64,000 nucleotides of DNA from contig OZ024742.1 of NCBI GenBank assembly GCA_964016885.1, forward strand, positions 158,844,001 through 158,908,000, read 5' to 3'. The notes under the pieces were generated by a model that saw nothing but the letters and a program-made list of their open reading frames with translations, was not told where the DNA came from and searched no databases. Positions 24,522 through 37,810 of this stretch are shown in pieces (positions within the stretch are counted from its first letter, which is position 1; every line of letters starts with the position of its first letter). Origin of the DNA: Eledone cirrhosa (lineage: Eukaryota). Made by a program: the position numbers and the translations under genes.

Positions 24522-24677
24522 AATAATTGTTTCTACATTTGGCACAAGGCCAGCAATTATCCCAGTGTAATACTGGTGCTTTATTTTATCGACCCTGTAA
24601 GGATGAAAGTCAAGGTTAACCTCTCATCCTTACGGGGTCGATAAAATAAAGCACCAGTAATACACTGGGGATAATTA
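24522..24677. mobile_element. SINE S1 3' fragment with fold-back inversion
   Basis: Minus-strand 3' part at 24522-24622 followed directly by a plus-strand copy of the core at 24623-24677. Confidence 0.85.
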
Positions 24678-24685
24678 TGTGAATG

Positions 24686-24845
24686 CATCATGGCTGAATA
24701 GGTTAAGGAATTCGCTTCACCATCATTATGTCGTGGCGTCAATGCCAGTACGTGGTATTGTAGACAAATGTCATTTAGCATAGCCTCGGATAGACCCAAG
24801 CCTTGTCAGAGAAAATTGGTAAATGGAAACTGTTTGGAAGCCCAT
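24686..24845 (+). mobile_element. SINE S3, diverged
   Basis: catggctgaataggttaagg..tagcctcgg..aagccttgt..ttggtaaatggaaactg..gaagccc. Confidence 0.5.
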
Positions 24846-25176
24846 GGAATAGACTGTATCCGTAATTAAAAGTATCAATCATATCATATACTGTGTCACG
24901 GTGAATCCTCGTGTGAATTACGTTAAGCGTACGTTTAATTACAGAGCGTGTGTGAGTTTATACAAAGAATATCAGATCTACCTTGTCGATTCATATCAAC
25001 TTCAAATCAATCAAGTTCAAGTACCTTCTGATCAGGTCTGGACAGTTTATACTCATTAATTACCGCCATCTACTTTCCTACGATCTTACTTTTTTTTTTA
25101 GTATATATATTAAGTGAATGAGCACTCGATACTCGGTACTCGATACTCGGGTTGGGTAGAGTGTAAAATATTATAT

Positions 25177-25224
<48 letters not shown>

Positions 25225-25336
25225 GTATATGTATATATATATATATATATATATTATATGCATATATGGGAGTAAATATATATATATATAAATATATATA
25301 TATATGTATATATATATATATGCATATATGTGTGTA

Positions 25337-25365
<29 letters not shown>

Positions 25366-25372
<7 letters not shown>

Positions 25373-25558
25373 TGTTTCTACTTTTAGGCACAAGGCCAGC
25401 AATTACCCTGTACATTACTGGTACTTTATTTTATCGACCCCGTAAGGATGAAAGGCAAAGTTAACCACGGCGGGATTTGAACTCAGATTGTAAAGGGACG
25501 TAACTATGCTAGAAAGCATGGCGTCCAACCCTCTACCGATACTGCCAATTCACCGCCC

Positions 25559-25560
<2 letters not shown>
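25366..25560 (-). mobile_element. SINE S1, full length, embedded in (AAT)n
   Basis: A/B boxes, core, tail; (AAT)n on both sides. Confidence 0.9.
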
Positions 25561-25607
<47 letters not shown>

Positions 25608-25880
25608 TTTCATTTATTGGCCACAAGGGCCGACATATAGGGGACAATACAAAAGACTGGGACAGTGGGGTTTTACAGAAAAATCGAGTAAACAATATGA
25701 ATAAACAAAGTAACAATAACAAAGTCACAATAAAGTAACAATAAAATTACAACAAGAAAAAATTCCCCAATAGGGGGGATGACCACCTAGGGTTCGTTCA
25801 GGTACCCCACCAGTCCTGAACGACCCGACGCTTTGAGAGCACCCTGGAAGGGCACCCCTCTCCTCTTCAAATGTACCTAC

Positions 25881-28800
25881 CTACAGCCGCATGACCAGAG
25901 TAGGCCCACTCACACGGGCCATTCTCGCCACATTCACCCACCTTTCAGCAAATGTACTCTGGGGCAGCACTTCTCTCTCCACCCTCACCTTCCTTTCCAA
26001 GTGAAACTTGAAAAAGTTGATGAGGGATTGACCGAAGAGAAAAGTGTCTGTCTTCAGTCCTTTCAACCTCGTCCACCATACAACCTCTTTCGCTACTGCC
26101 ACCAGACAGAGGAAAGTTGCCTGCCCTTCCTGTCCAAAAGAAGGCGGCGGGTCGATCTTCACTATGGACTCGGCCGATAGCCGGATCCGTTCTACACGCG
26201 ACACAGCTGTTCAACATAACTCCACAAGTCAGTAATGCACGGACACTGGACGAATGCGTGCAGAACGGTTTCGTCGCTCTGCGCGCATCTCGGGCAGGTC
26301 CGTCTGACAGCACTTCCGTGCCTGTAGAGTTTATCTCGAACCGGCAGTGCCCCCCGGTAGCACTGCCAAGCGAGGGATTTTTGGAAATTATCCATCGTCC
26401 CCGGCTCGAAAGTCTTCCGGTACAGACTGGTTAGTTCGACTTCGTTGACTCCCAGAGCCTCTCCGAGTGCGTCGTCGCACTTGCCCACCACTAATCCTCT
26501 ATAGAACTCGAGAGTGGAAGTTCCACTGACCGCATTGCCCGCTTGGTAGAGGGCAGTGAGTGCCTGGCAACATTCCAGATGCCAGTCACCCAGTCTCGGT
26601 CTCTTCTTGACCCAAGACTGCAACTCAGTCAAAGAAACGAGCTGCGGAAAGGCCCGTCTGACAAACGGCGACCACACCTGTTCACCGTTTAGGCAGAATA
26701 TCTGGAGGTGCCGCAGCCTCAGCGCGTGCCTGCGCATCATTAGCCACGGCATGCCCAGCCCTCCACGTAGAGGGTGCTGGCAGCAGATGGACCGCCTCAC
26801 CAGCGGAACCTGACCCCTCCACAAGAATTTGAAGAGGAGTGCTCCAAGATGGCGAGGCGCGAACGGGGACAAGGGACGACAGTCAGACGGTAGTAGATGA
26901 CGGACGCGATGTACGCGTTCGCCACCTCCGCCCGACCTTTCAGTGATAGCTTCATCCCAGCCCATTTCTGGGTGAGACTGACTACCCTGCCCGTCACCTC
27001 GTCCCAATTCTTATCCACCTGGAACCAAACCCCTAGCAACTTTACCGGTTCGTCCGTCCAGCGCCTAACGACGCTGTTGGACGGCATAGACTTGCCTCTC
27101 CAGGTGCCGAGTTGCAAGCCTACTGACTCTTCCGGGTTAAGTTTTGCTCCTGTCAACCTTTCATATTCCTCCAATAAGTTGCCGACCACCTCGATTTCTA
27201 AGGTGTCCGACACCATCACGGTGATGTCGTCCACATAAGCCGACACAGCCTTTCTGCGTCCCGGTTCGAGCGGGATGCCCTGCAACAGCTCCAGCTTCCG
27301 CAGTAAAGACTCGAGAGTCAATACGTACAGAAGGGAGGAGAGAGGGCACCCTTGACGGACCGATCGGGAGACCTGAAACGGTTCCGAGAGGTGGCCATTA
27401 ATTTTGATCATCGAGCAGGTGCCGCTGTGCATTGCAGCGATCTAGCTTCTGAAGACGGGGCCGAAGCCAGCCGCCTTGAGGACAGCCTCCAGGTACCGAT
27501 GGTCGACCCTATCGAATGCTTTCGATTGATCTAAATTGATCAGAGCCCCACCGAAGCCAGGTTTACACCCTACCATCTCTATGATGTATCGCATTAGGTG
27601 GAGGTTGTCGGGTATGGACCTGGTTGGGATTGCGCAAGTTTGCGCCTCCCCAACCAAATCCCCGACGACAAGCGCCAACCTCTTCGCTAACACCCTGGCC
27701 AAAATATTAAACTCTGTGTTGAGCAGAGTTATGGGCCTGAAATTGTCTAATGTGTCCCTCTTGTTCTCGTCTTTCCTTATCAGCGTCACTACTCCCCGGC
27801 TCACAGAACTGGGAATATTCCCGTTTTGCTCCAGTTGCAGTAGAGGGCTTCGAGGAGATTGGAGAACAAGTCTGGCATATTTACGTAAAGCTCGTAGGGC
27901 AGACCATCCAAACCGGGTGACTTGCGCCTCATGCAGCCTACAAGTGCATCCTGAATCTTGGCTCAAGTAATTGGCCTTTCGCAGCGCCCAGCATCAGCCG
28001 TCGAGAGTTGCGGCAAGCCATCGAGGTAGAGACTGAAGTCCGCCACCATCTCTGACCCGCCACTTCTCCCGAACAACCGAGCAAAATGTTGGCGAAAGGC
28101 CTCACACATCCTCTTGGAATCGCTCAGCTCGTGCCCGTCTCGGTCCGTCAAAGAGCGAATCGTGGTTTTATTACCACGCTGCGCCTCTGCCACGCGGGCC
28201 CATCGAACAGCTTTGGTTCCCTCGTTTCTCAGAGCACGCGCCTTAGCTCTGACAATGCAACCTTCGTGTTTCGCATTGAAGAAATGGTCTAATGCCATTC
28301 TCGCCACTAGCACATCAGTTGCAATGCCACTACCAATAGCCTCGTCTAACTTATCTACCAACTCCCCCTCCTTTCTATTTTTCTCTAATGCTACTTCTTT
28401 GCTAAACTCTATCGACATTACTCTAATCTCTCTTTTGAGAGCCCCCCACCATCTATTGTTGATGACTCCCCCTATCAACTTTTTCTTAACTAAATTGTTG
28501 ACCTGGTCCCTGTAAGCCTTACGTGCCGGAAATGACATGTTTAGCTTCCAGTAACCAGGTCCTAACCTACGCGTCTTATCTAGGTCGACCATACAGATCA
28601 CAAACTTGTGATCTGAATAGGCGACCGTTTCAAAACGTGGACAGCTTACACTATTTCTGTCTATTTTCTTAATGAATATCCTGTCTATATACGATCTAGT
28701 TGACCCTATGCGGTTAGCCCAGGTCTATAGTGGCGAATTAGAGAAATCTAGTCGGTATACCTGTCAGACAGTTGGAACTGGCTGATCAGGTTCTTGAGGC

Positions 28801-29292
28801 TTTTGCACCCCCCGCTCCTATCGGATACTCCCACACAGTCCCAGCGTGCGTCTAAGATGCCGTTCCAGTCACCCGCTAACAGTAAAGGGCGAGACGTACC
28901 CAGAAAGGCTTCCAGGCGTCTAAAGAAGTCCGGCCGTCCTGCCCCGGTAGGAGCATAGACGGCCACCAGTCTAAAGGCACCACCTTCATTATTGTTCATG
29001 TCCAGGACAACCAACTTCCCGTCCGGGTCCCGGAAGATCGACCTTACCTCGAGATCCAGGCCTTTCCTAAACAGCACTTCCACCCCGCCTCCCATTCCCG
29101 GCCGGCTAACAGATGCAAAGATCTGATAGTCGTCGAAAATGGGGGCTAGTGCGCGGGTGTCGGAAATCCTGGTCTCGCTGACTGCAATTACATCCATTTC
29201 TATAGACCTGAGGTCGTTGAGCAGGTGACCCTGCTTCCAGGACTATCCCAGGCCTCGAACATTTAAACATCCTACTCTTAATACGGCAATGA
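25881..29292 (-). pseudogene. Tx1-A ORF2 (APE endonuclease, RT, zinc finger), frameshifted
   Basis: LNVRGL, VSET, VYAP, GDWN, GPGYWKLN, FRPITLLN, DQSKAFDRVDH, VRQGCPLS, AYVDD, CPRC..ETVLH. Confidence 0.9.
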
Positions 29293-29321
29293 TGGCAGGT
29301 TAAAGAGAGAGAGAGGAAGAT

Positions 29322-31323
29322 TTACTTACCTTCCGGGCTCTTGTGAAGGTCGGGTTGTTTGACCTCCATAGTTAGTGGGGTTTCTTTTGGGAACCCCTTT
29401 AAAAGTCTTGAAGGGTGTTTTACGTTCGGGGTTCCCACGTCCCGAGGAAAGCTGTCTCGTATTTCTTTGAATATGTCGAGCGACATTCGCACCAGAACCA
29501 AATCTTCCGGCACGCGAAATGTGCTCGATTTAAAAATGTCCCCCTCTTTTTGTATATTTTCACTTCGTGCTACGAGGGCCATCAGTTCCTTGTTGGCCCT
29601 CCTGACGAGCACGAAGTTTTGTATGTTTTGTTGGTGTGATTTTATTTGTTTGCGTGGCTGTGGTGGTGATGGTTTGGGTGGTGTTGTTTCGGTTGTATCT
29701 GTGTTTGTTGTGAGTGCGGTGTCTGTGGTTTCAGATGTTTGTGTGTATATTTGTTCTTGCGTGTTTCGGATGTTTGCGTTTGGGGGATTCTGGTGATGGT
29801 GATGGTGGTGTTGATGTTGGTGTTATTGGAGAGATGTTTGCGTGGGTGTTGTCTGCGTTTTTTATTGTGGGTGCTTTTGTGTTTTGTTGAGTTTTTTTTT
29901 TTTTCTTTTTGTGTTTCCTTTTTTGTATTTTGGGGGATTTGGGATTTCTCTCATTTTCACTACTGGTAGATGAGGGGTCTGTGTCTGTAAGTGTGTCTGT
30001 ATGTATGTTTAAGGTTTTATTGGTGTGTGTATTTTGGGGGGAGGGGGAATAAGACAGCTTTCCTCGTTTCTCCCCTGGGTGGTCAATGTTGGTGGTGGTC
30101 TTTCTATTGGTGTTGTTGTTGGTGGTTCTGCCGGTGCAGGTGTTGGTTGTGGTCCTCGCCCCGGCGTCGGCAGCAGTGGATCCTTTCGACCCCTTGCCTC
30201 TTTCAGCAGTTGAGGGCAGAAGGCTCGCAAATGGGTTTTTTCCCCACAAACAAAACACTGCGGCCTTTTGCCTTCGGTCATAATGTGAATGACCGTCCCA
30301 TTCTGAAGGCGGATGTGGTCTGGGATTGTCTTCACATTCTCGGGCCTGATCTGGAGAAGGATCTCCAGGTCAACCCCGGACCAGTCCTCTCTGGCCGTTC
30401 TGGTCACTTCTATAGGGACTGTATCCGTCCCCTCCACAATCACACATCCCAGAAGCCACCACATGTCAAGTCCTGGTGGGATTCTGGGAATGCGGAGACG
30501 GGCCGTTTTTTTTACCATGTGGGAGGGGTACATTATGACCTTGCTGGTTTTGCAAGGAGCCATAACGTGTTTCATCGCGAGGGCTTCTGACTTGAACAAC
30601 ACTGAAATGGTGCCGTACTGTCTGCCCCTCTCTATGTACTGGGTGTCTTCTCTGATGCACCTCAGCGCGACTTCGACATCTTCTTGTGGGATTAACGCTG
30701 CCCTTTTGAAACCAAAAGGGCAGTGAGATGCATCTATAATGCACCGTTTTGCGCTCCACTGCCTCAATAGCTTCTACCGGGACAGTTAAGTTGGCCCAAG
30801 TTTTCTCTTGCTTAATGAGCTTCCATGCCTGGGCCAACTTTTCATCTTTGTTTGAGAGGTCCATCTTGAAGCATGGCCTCTTTTTTGCTGCTGCCGCAGC
30901 GAAAGTGGTCTTGTTTTCGTTGGGGGTGTTGTTGGTGTTGTTGTTAGCACTGTCGCTGTTATCATTGTTGTCTTTGTTGCCACCGTTGTTCTCGGTGCAG
31001 TTGGTATTGTTGCTGTTGGTGTTGTCGCTATTTGTTTTCATGTTAGTGGTGTTGATATTGTTGTTGTATTTGTTATTTTTTTTTTTTTTGTTATCTGTAT
31101 TTTCGTTGTCGCTGTTACTGTCATTTTTTTCAAAATTAGAGTTCTTATTGGTATCATTGGTGTATTTGTTTACCTTGTTTGTGGTGGTGTTTGTGTTATC
31201 AATGTGTGTTAATTTTGCTGTAGCGCTCCTCTCAACTTCTACGTCGCTGTCGCACGACAGCCGACATATCGCTGGGGGGCGTGGCTCAACCATGTTTTTT
31301 TTTCTTCGTAAATTTTTTAACAT
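29322..31323 (-). pseudogene. Tx1-A ORF1 (gag-like, CFVCGEKTHLRAFC), frameshifted
   Basis: ORF pieces 30466-31323, 30009-30767, 29731-30258, 29322-29612; Asn-rich N-terminus. Confidence 0.8.
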
Positions 31324-31745
31324 GTAAAAAAAAGTTCAAATATTTGGGCCAAAAGGCCCAAATATTATACTTTGCCCTTCACGGGGCAAAGTCTAAGGGC
31401 TTATATCCCTTACACAACAAGAAATATTTAACAACAAATAATTTAAACAGGCAAATAAAGCGACTTACTGTGAGCGAGCAAAATACGTCCATAATAATAA
31501 TGATTTCTTTATTAACCACAAGGGTTTACATAAAGTAGACATTAAGGACAGTGCAGGACAATACAAGACGGTACAAATGGGCATTTCTGCGTGTAAAAAC
31601 AGAGGATGTAACAAAAAAATAACAATGAAAAATTCCCCAAAAGGGGGGAGACTTCGGAGGGACATTTATGGAGAAAGCCCATTAAAAGGCCACAGTGACC
31701 TTGACGACCAGGGCAAGTGCCCTCTCCCAGTTTTCCACCTGTAAT

Positions 31746-34700
31746 TTACAGGCACATACTCAGAGTAGGCCCATTCACTCGGGCCATTCTTGCTTCTCTC
31801 ACCCATCTTTCAACAAAATGCTGGGAAGAGAGCACTTCCCTCTCTACGCTGATTTTCCTTTTCAAATGAAATTTGAAAAAGTCAATCAGGACATCACCGA
31901 AGAGGTAAGTGCTCGTCTTCAGCCCTTTCAAACGTGTCCACCATACTATCTCTTTCGCCATGGCCACCAGACAGATAAAAACTGCCTGCCCTTCCCGGCT
32001 AAAAGAAGAGGGCGGGGGCAATCCTCACGATGGACTCAGCTGATAGCTGGATCCGTCCTACACGCAACAGCAGGTGTTCGACATAAACCCACAAGTCAGC
32101 AATTTTCGGACACTGGACGAGTGCGTGCAGGACGGTTTCGTCGCCCTGCGCGCATCTCGGACATGCCCGGCTGACGGCACCTCCATGCCTGTAGAGTTTA
32201 TCCCGAACTGGCAAAGCTCCTCGGTAGCACTGCCAGGCCAGGGATTTCTGGAAGTTGTCCATAGGCCCTGGCCCGAAAGTTCTTCCGAAGAGATTGGCTA
32301 GTTGATTTTCGTCGACGCCTAGAGTTTCCCCAAGTACGTCGTCGCTCTTCCCCTCCACTAATCCTCTCTAGAACGCCAAGGTGGTGTTTCCACCGATCAC
32401 ATTGCCCGTTTGGTCGAGGGCTGTGAGCGCCTGAAGACATTCCAGTCTCCAAGCGCTCCATCTCGGTCTTCGCTTGACCCAGGACTGCAGCTCCGTTAAG
32501 GAAACGAGCTGGGGAAAGACACGTCTAGCAAACGGCGACCACACCTGAGGAAGAGGTGGAGATGTCGTAGCCTTAGCGCGTGTCTGCGCATCATCAGTCA
32601 CGGCATGCCCAGCCTTCCACGTAGCGAGTGTTGACAACAGATGGACCGCCTGACCATCGGAGAGCGTCCCTTCCACAAAAATCGAAAGAGCAAACGCTCC
32701 AGCGCAGTCAGGCGGGGCTTAGGACAAGGTACGACGGTCAGGTGGTAGCAGATGACAGACACGATGTACGTGTTAGCCACCTCCCCTCCAACCTTTCAGG
32801 GATAGCTTCCTCTCCGCCCATTTCTGGGTGAGAGAAGCCACCCTGCTCATCACCTTGTCCCAGTTTTTGTCCGTCTGGAGGTCTGGACCGAACCAGACCC
32901 CTAGCAATTTAACCGGTCCGTCCGTCCAGAGCCCGACGACGCTGTTGGACGGCATGGACCTGCCTCTCCAGGTGCCGAGCTGCAGGCCCACTGACTTTTC
33001 CTGGTTGATCATTGCTCCTGTCACCGCTTCGTATTCTCTTAGTGTAGTGCCGATCGCCTCGATGTGTTTGGCGTTCGACACCACTACGGTGACATCATCC
33101 GCATATGCTGACACGGATCTTCCGCATCCTAGTTCGCGCGGGACGCCCCTCAACGTCTCCAGTTTGTGCAGTAATGGCTCGAGAGTCAATACGTACAAGA
33201 GGGACGAGAGGGGACATCCTTGGCGGACCGAGCGCATGATGTTGAACGGTTCCAAAAGGTGACTGTTCACTCTCAGCACAGAGCAGATGTCGCTGTGCAT
33301 GGCAGCGATCCAGCCTCTGAAGACGGGGCCAAAGCCAGCCGCCCTCAGGACTGCCGCTAGGTAACGATGGTCGACCCTATCGAAAGCTTTCGACTGATCT
33401 AAATTGATCAAGGACCCACCCGTGCCAGGTTCCCTAGCTACCCTCTCTACGATGTGTCGCATGAGGTGGAGGTTGTCGTGGATGGATCTGTCGGGAATCG
33501 CGCATGTCTGCGCCTCTCCCACAAGACCACCAACGACAAGTGCCAACCTCTTTGGTAGCACGTTGGCCAAAATCTTGAACTCTGTGTTTAGCAGAGTTAT
33601 GTGCCTGAAATTATCTATGTTATCCCCCTTGTTCGGATCATTTCTTAGCAGTGCCACCGCTCTTCGGCTCACAGAGCTGGGAATTCTCCTGTTCTGTTGC
33701 CAGTTGCAGTAGACGTCCGCCAAGAGGCCTCCGAATAAGTCTGGCATTTGTACGTAAAGTTCATAGGGCAGACCATCCAAACCAGGCGATTTACCCCCTG
33801 TGCAGCCAGTCATTGCCTCCCGTACTTCAGCGTCTGTTATCGGCTTTTCGCAACACTCCGCCTCAGTGGCCGAGAGCCGCGGCAGTCCGTCGAGGTAGAC
33901 ACTAAAGTCCATCCCTCGATCCGGCCCGCCGCTGCCCCCGAACAGTTGAGCGAAGTGTCGCTGAAAAGCTTCACACATTTTCCCGGGATCGAGTAGGATG
34001 CGCCCGTTGTGGTCCACCAAAGACCGGATCGTGGCTTTGTTTCCCCACGGGCCCATTGAACGGCTTTCGTCCCCTCGTGTCTGAGAGCACGCACCCTAGC
34101 TCTGACAACGCAGCCTTAGTTCTTTGCATTGAAGAATTGGTCAAGGGCCAGTTTCGCCGCAAGTACGTCGGTCGCGATGCCTTTGCTAAGCGCCTCGTCT
34201 AATTTTCTAACTAGTTCTCCCTCTGCTCTATTTTTCTCTATAGCTAAAGCCTTACTAAACCTAATGGACTCTATTCTAATCGCTCTTTTCAGAGCAAACC
34301 ACCACTTGTTGTTGACGATGGCCCCCGTCAACGCTCGCTTAACTAGTTCGCTAATCCGGTCTCTGTAGGCCTTGCGCGCTGGTAAGGACGCGTTTAGCTT
34401 CCAATAGCCGGGTCCTTGTCTATGAAGCCTATCTAAGTCAAGCACACAGATCACGAATTTGTGGTCCGTATAGCTGACTATCTTGAATTGTGGACAGCTT
34501 ATGCTAGACCTATCTATTTCCCTACAAAATACTCCATCTAGATATGATCTGGATGACCCTATGCGATTTGTCCACATTGGCACATTTGGGAAATCCAATC
34601 GGTACCTGTCAGACAGTTCAAAATGCCTGAGCAGGTTGGTGAGGCTCTTGTACCCTCCTCCCCTATCCACTAATCCCACACAGTCCCAGCGTGCATCTAA

Positions 34701-34913
34701 GATCCCGTTCCAGTCGCCCACTAACACTAGAAAGGTCTCCAGACGCCGGAAGTAATCAGGCTGCCCTGCTCCTGTCGGGGCATAGACGGCCACTAGCCTG
34801 AAAGCTTGCCCTTCTTCGCTGGTCATGTCCAGCACCACCAACTTACCTTCTGGGTCCAGGAAGATGGACCCCAAGCCACGCGTATTTATGCTGCCTATTC
34901 TGAGTGAGGTCAT
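31746..34913 (-). pseudogene. Tx1-B ORF2 with an internal deletion in the APE N-terminus
   Basis: INTRGLGS jumps to IFLDPEGK (the SET motif region present in A is missing); KSPGLDGLP, KAFDRVDH, VRQGCPLS, AYADD. Confidence 0.9.
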
Positions 34914-34947
34914 GTTGAAATGGAGTGGAAAAGATGGGAAAGACCAC

Positions 34948-37062
34948 TTAACGTACTTTTCGTAGAGGAAGGATAGTTTCTCCATCCCTTTTCACTTGAT
35001 CGTCTGGTGAAGGGACCGGTGAATCGCCCCTTCGGCTGCTCGTCGGCTCTTCTGTGAGTATATCCGAATATACCCTCCGGTTGAGTGTCCCTCCTAGGTC
35101 TCTGAAATCACCAACTGCGTTGGGGAATATCGTTTTAATATTTGTGTATTGTTTCTGTGCTATTTTTACCAGCCTTATGTTCGTTGGTGTTTTGATTGGT
35201 GCTGGTATTATGCAGTCGTGCTGTGAAATGTCTGTGTTCAATTATGTTATTAGTTTCTTGTGTGTATTTATTGCTGTGCATTTGTTTTTCTGAGGGTGGG
35301 TGTGGTTCTGCTATTTTCTTGTCGTTGTTGCTGGGTGCGTGTGTTTTGTTGTTGTGTTTGTGATGTTGGTGCTTGTGGTGGTGGTGTTGAAGGTGTTGTT
35401 GTTGTTTGCGGTGGGGTTGCCGCCGGTGGTGATGGTGGTGCTAGTGTGGGTGGTGATGGTGTTGTGTAGTGTTGATGTTGTAAGTCTCTTTCCAGTAACC
35501 TTTACCCTTTTTTCATTTCTTTCCTCCCTTTTCGAAGGCGACGATGCGCTGCTTCAGCGTTTGTGCCTTCTTGCGACCTTTTGCCATCCCTCTCCCACCT
35601 CACACTCCATGTCCGATTCTGTGAGGTCGGGGAGGGGTACCAGCTCCACTCTTTCACTTGTTGTTGTTGGTGATGTTTGCAGTGGAGTCTCTGTTGGAGC
35701 TGCAGTTGGTATTACTCTTGTTGTTGTTAATACTTCCACTGCTGCTGCTGTTCTTGATTTCCGTGGCGTGGGTATGGGTTCCACGGACCTATCCTTCCTG
35801 GTTGCCGCCTGTCCTGTTGCTGGTAGCAGTGGAGCCGGAGGGGGGGTTTCTCCTTTCTCGGGGTCTTCTCGTTGCAGAAGGCCCTGAGGTGAGTCTTCGA
35901 TCCACAGCGAAAGCATTTCGGGCGTTTGCCCTCAACACTTATGGGCAGTTGAGTGCCGTTATCGAAGTCTATCACATCCGGGATAGCTTCGATGCACTCC
36001 TGGTTGGTTTGGATTAACATCTCAATGGAGGTTCCGACCCAATCTTCTCGTACTTTGTCTGTACTTGCAGTACAGTTGTTTTGTCCTCAATTCCGACGAG
36101 GACAGACGCGGCCAGCCAAGAAGGGGCCATCCCGGGGGTGGGGGGACGTGGGTCAGTTTGACCCTCATAATTTTTTGCCCGCAGTAGGAGGGCACCAACA
36201 CCATTTCCTCGCTCCTTATGGTCACTAAGGATTGAGCCTTTGCCTCCTGGGGTGTGGCAAAAAGCACGTCCACGGTGGCATATTTCTTTGCTCGGGTGAT
36301 ATGCGTTTTCCGCTGCCACACAGACCCTAAGGCTTTTTGTATTTGAGCCTCTGTGGCTCTTTCAACTCTACGGGATTTTGTGCTTACTGTACGGTACGTG
36401 ACCGTACAGTGCTGTTGGGTTTCGAAAAATTTTTCGGCTGCCTTGCAGATTGCTCGGTGTCCGGTTTTCGTCACCATCTTCTTTGCTTCCTGTAATTCCT
36501 CATTTGTTATGAGGATGGTTTCCAGGTTCTTTGCGATACCTGCAAACGAGATTGGTTTTTCTTTGCTGCTGTTGTTGTTGTTGTTGTTGTCAGAGCTGCT
36601 GTTACTTTTGTTGTTGCTGCAGGTACTACGACTACTGCCGCCGCCGCTGTTGCTGTGGTTGTTGTTGTTGTTGCTGCTGATGCTGTTGTTGTTGCTGTTG
36701 CTGCTAATGCTGTTGTTGTTTATGCTGCTGCTGTTGTTTTCCTTGTCACCGTTGCTTCTGCTGCTGTTATTACGGCTGCTACTGCTATTATTCATGACGT
36801 CAGACGAATGAAATGGGTTTTCGTATTTACCGCACACCTTTTTCGTCGTTGTCGTCGTCGTGGAGAAATGTTCCATGCTTTGCACGTGATTTTGGAAACT
36901 ATTTTTCTTTACTGGCGTCGATTGCGAAAGAGAAAGGAGGGAGAGAGACACATTTAGAAAAGGGAGAGAGAGAGACAATCTTCTCTCTGCTGTAGTGACG
37001 ATTGAGGAAGAAGAAGACGGAATGAGTGGGAGTGACTTGTGAAAATTCTTTTTCGTAGTCAT
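34948..37062 (-). pseudogene. Tx1-B ORF1 (CFRCGSKTHLRAFC), frameshifted
   Basis: ORF pieces 36022-37095, 36014-36319, 35727-36020, 35554-35916, 34948-35241; Ser/Asn-rich N-terminus. Confidence 0.8.
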
Positions 37063-37296
37063 GTTTTTTTGGTTTAAAATAAATATTGGGCACAAAACCC
37101 CAATAAGCGGTTATTTAACCCCGAAGGGCCAAATAACGGGCAGAAAGACCCCTCTCACGAGGAGGAGGGTGTTTTTGTCTACAATTTGGTTAAAGTTTTA
37201 AACAATTTACAATTGTTATAGCGGTCAAAATTTACAATACCTTACAGAGCCGAGCCTCCGTCAACCATGGCATTCAATAATAATAATAATAATAAT

Positions 37297-37810
37297 AGAA
37301 AACGCACATGGTGGATATATAACGTTATGGAATCGCTCCCGTAAGTTTTTGATTTTTACTTCTTTAAAACAACTGTGATAGAATAATTCTTATTACAAAT
37401 GAACAATAAGATTACAGTTTTCACGTTCAGCATCACTTTACGGCATAGGGCCCCAATATTTAATAATTTTGGATCAGAAATGTTATAGTCGAAAAGGAGG
37501 AAAATGGCAAAATGGCTAAATAGCTAAATGGCTAAGTGGACAGACAGAAAAATAATTTCACCACCAACACCACGACCACTACCACGCTAAAAACTCTAGT
37601 CAAGATACCTCAACTTCTATTTCTACTTCAACTTCAACACCATCACTACAGTACTACGATAACATCACCACCACCACTGCCTCATTATCGCTACCGCCGC
37701 TATTCTCTCCCACTACCTCCTGCTAAGACATGCATCGTAGTGTCCCCACTAAAAGAGGAAGGCATCAAAAGATATAAATAGACTGATTTGATGACCCGGT
37801 CAAAAAATCC
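37297..37810. repeat. Unassigned repeat unit X, copy 1
   Basis: acgcacatggtggata..aatcgctcccgtaagtttttgattttta and aaaagatataaataga..tgacccgg are shared with 41911-42670. Confidence 0.7.

Larger units (their letters stand above)
25605..31490 (-). mobile_element. Full-length Tx1-clade (L1 group) LINE, copy A, inactivated
   Basis: 5'UTR, ORF1 with CCHC knuckle, ORF2 APE+RT+zinc finger, 3' AATAAA and (ATT)n tail; both ends lie in (AAT)n. Confidence 0.92.
31500..37276 (-). mobile_element. Full-length Tx1 LINE, copy B (sister subfamily), inactivated
   Basis: Same organisation as copy A; separated from A only by ataataataa (31491-31500); 5' end abuts (AAT)7. Confidence 0.92.

Noticed and set aside
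30749-31327. Hydrophobic membrane-like ORFs (also 36353-36811, 61285-61749)
   Set aside because: Antisense of Asn/Ser-rich low-complexity retroelement coding regions.
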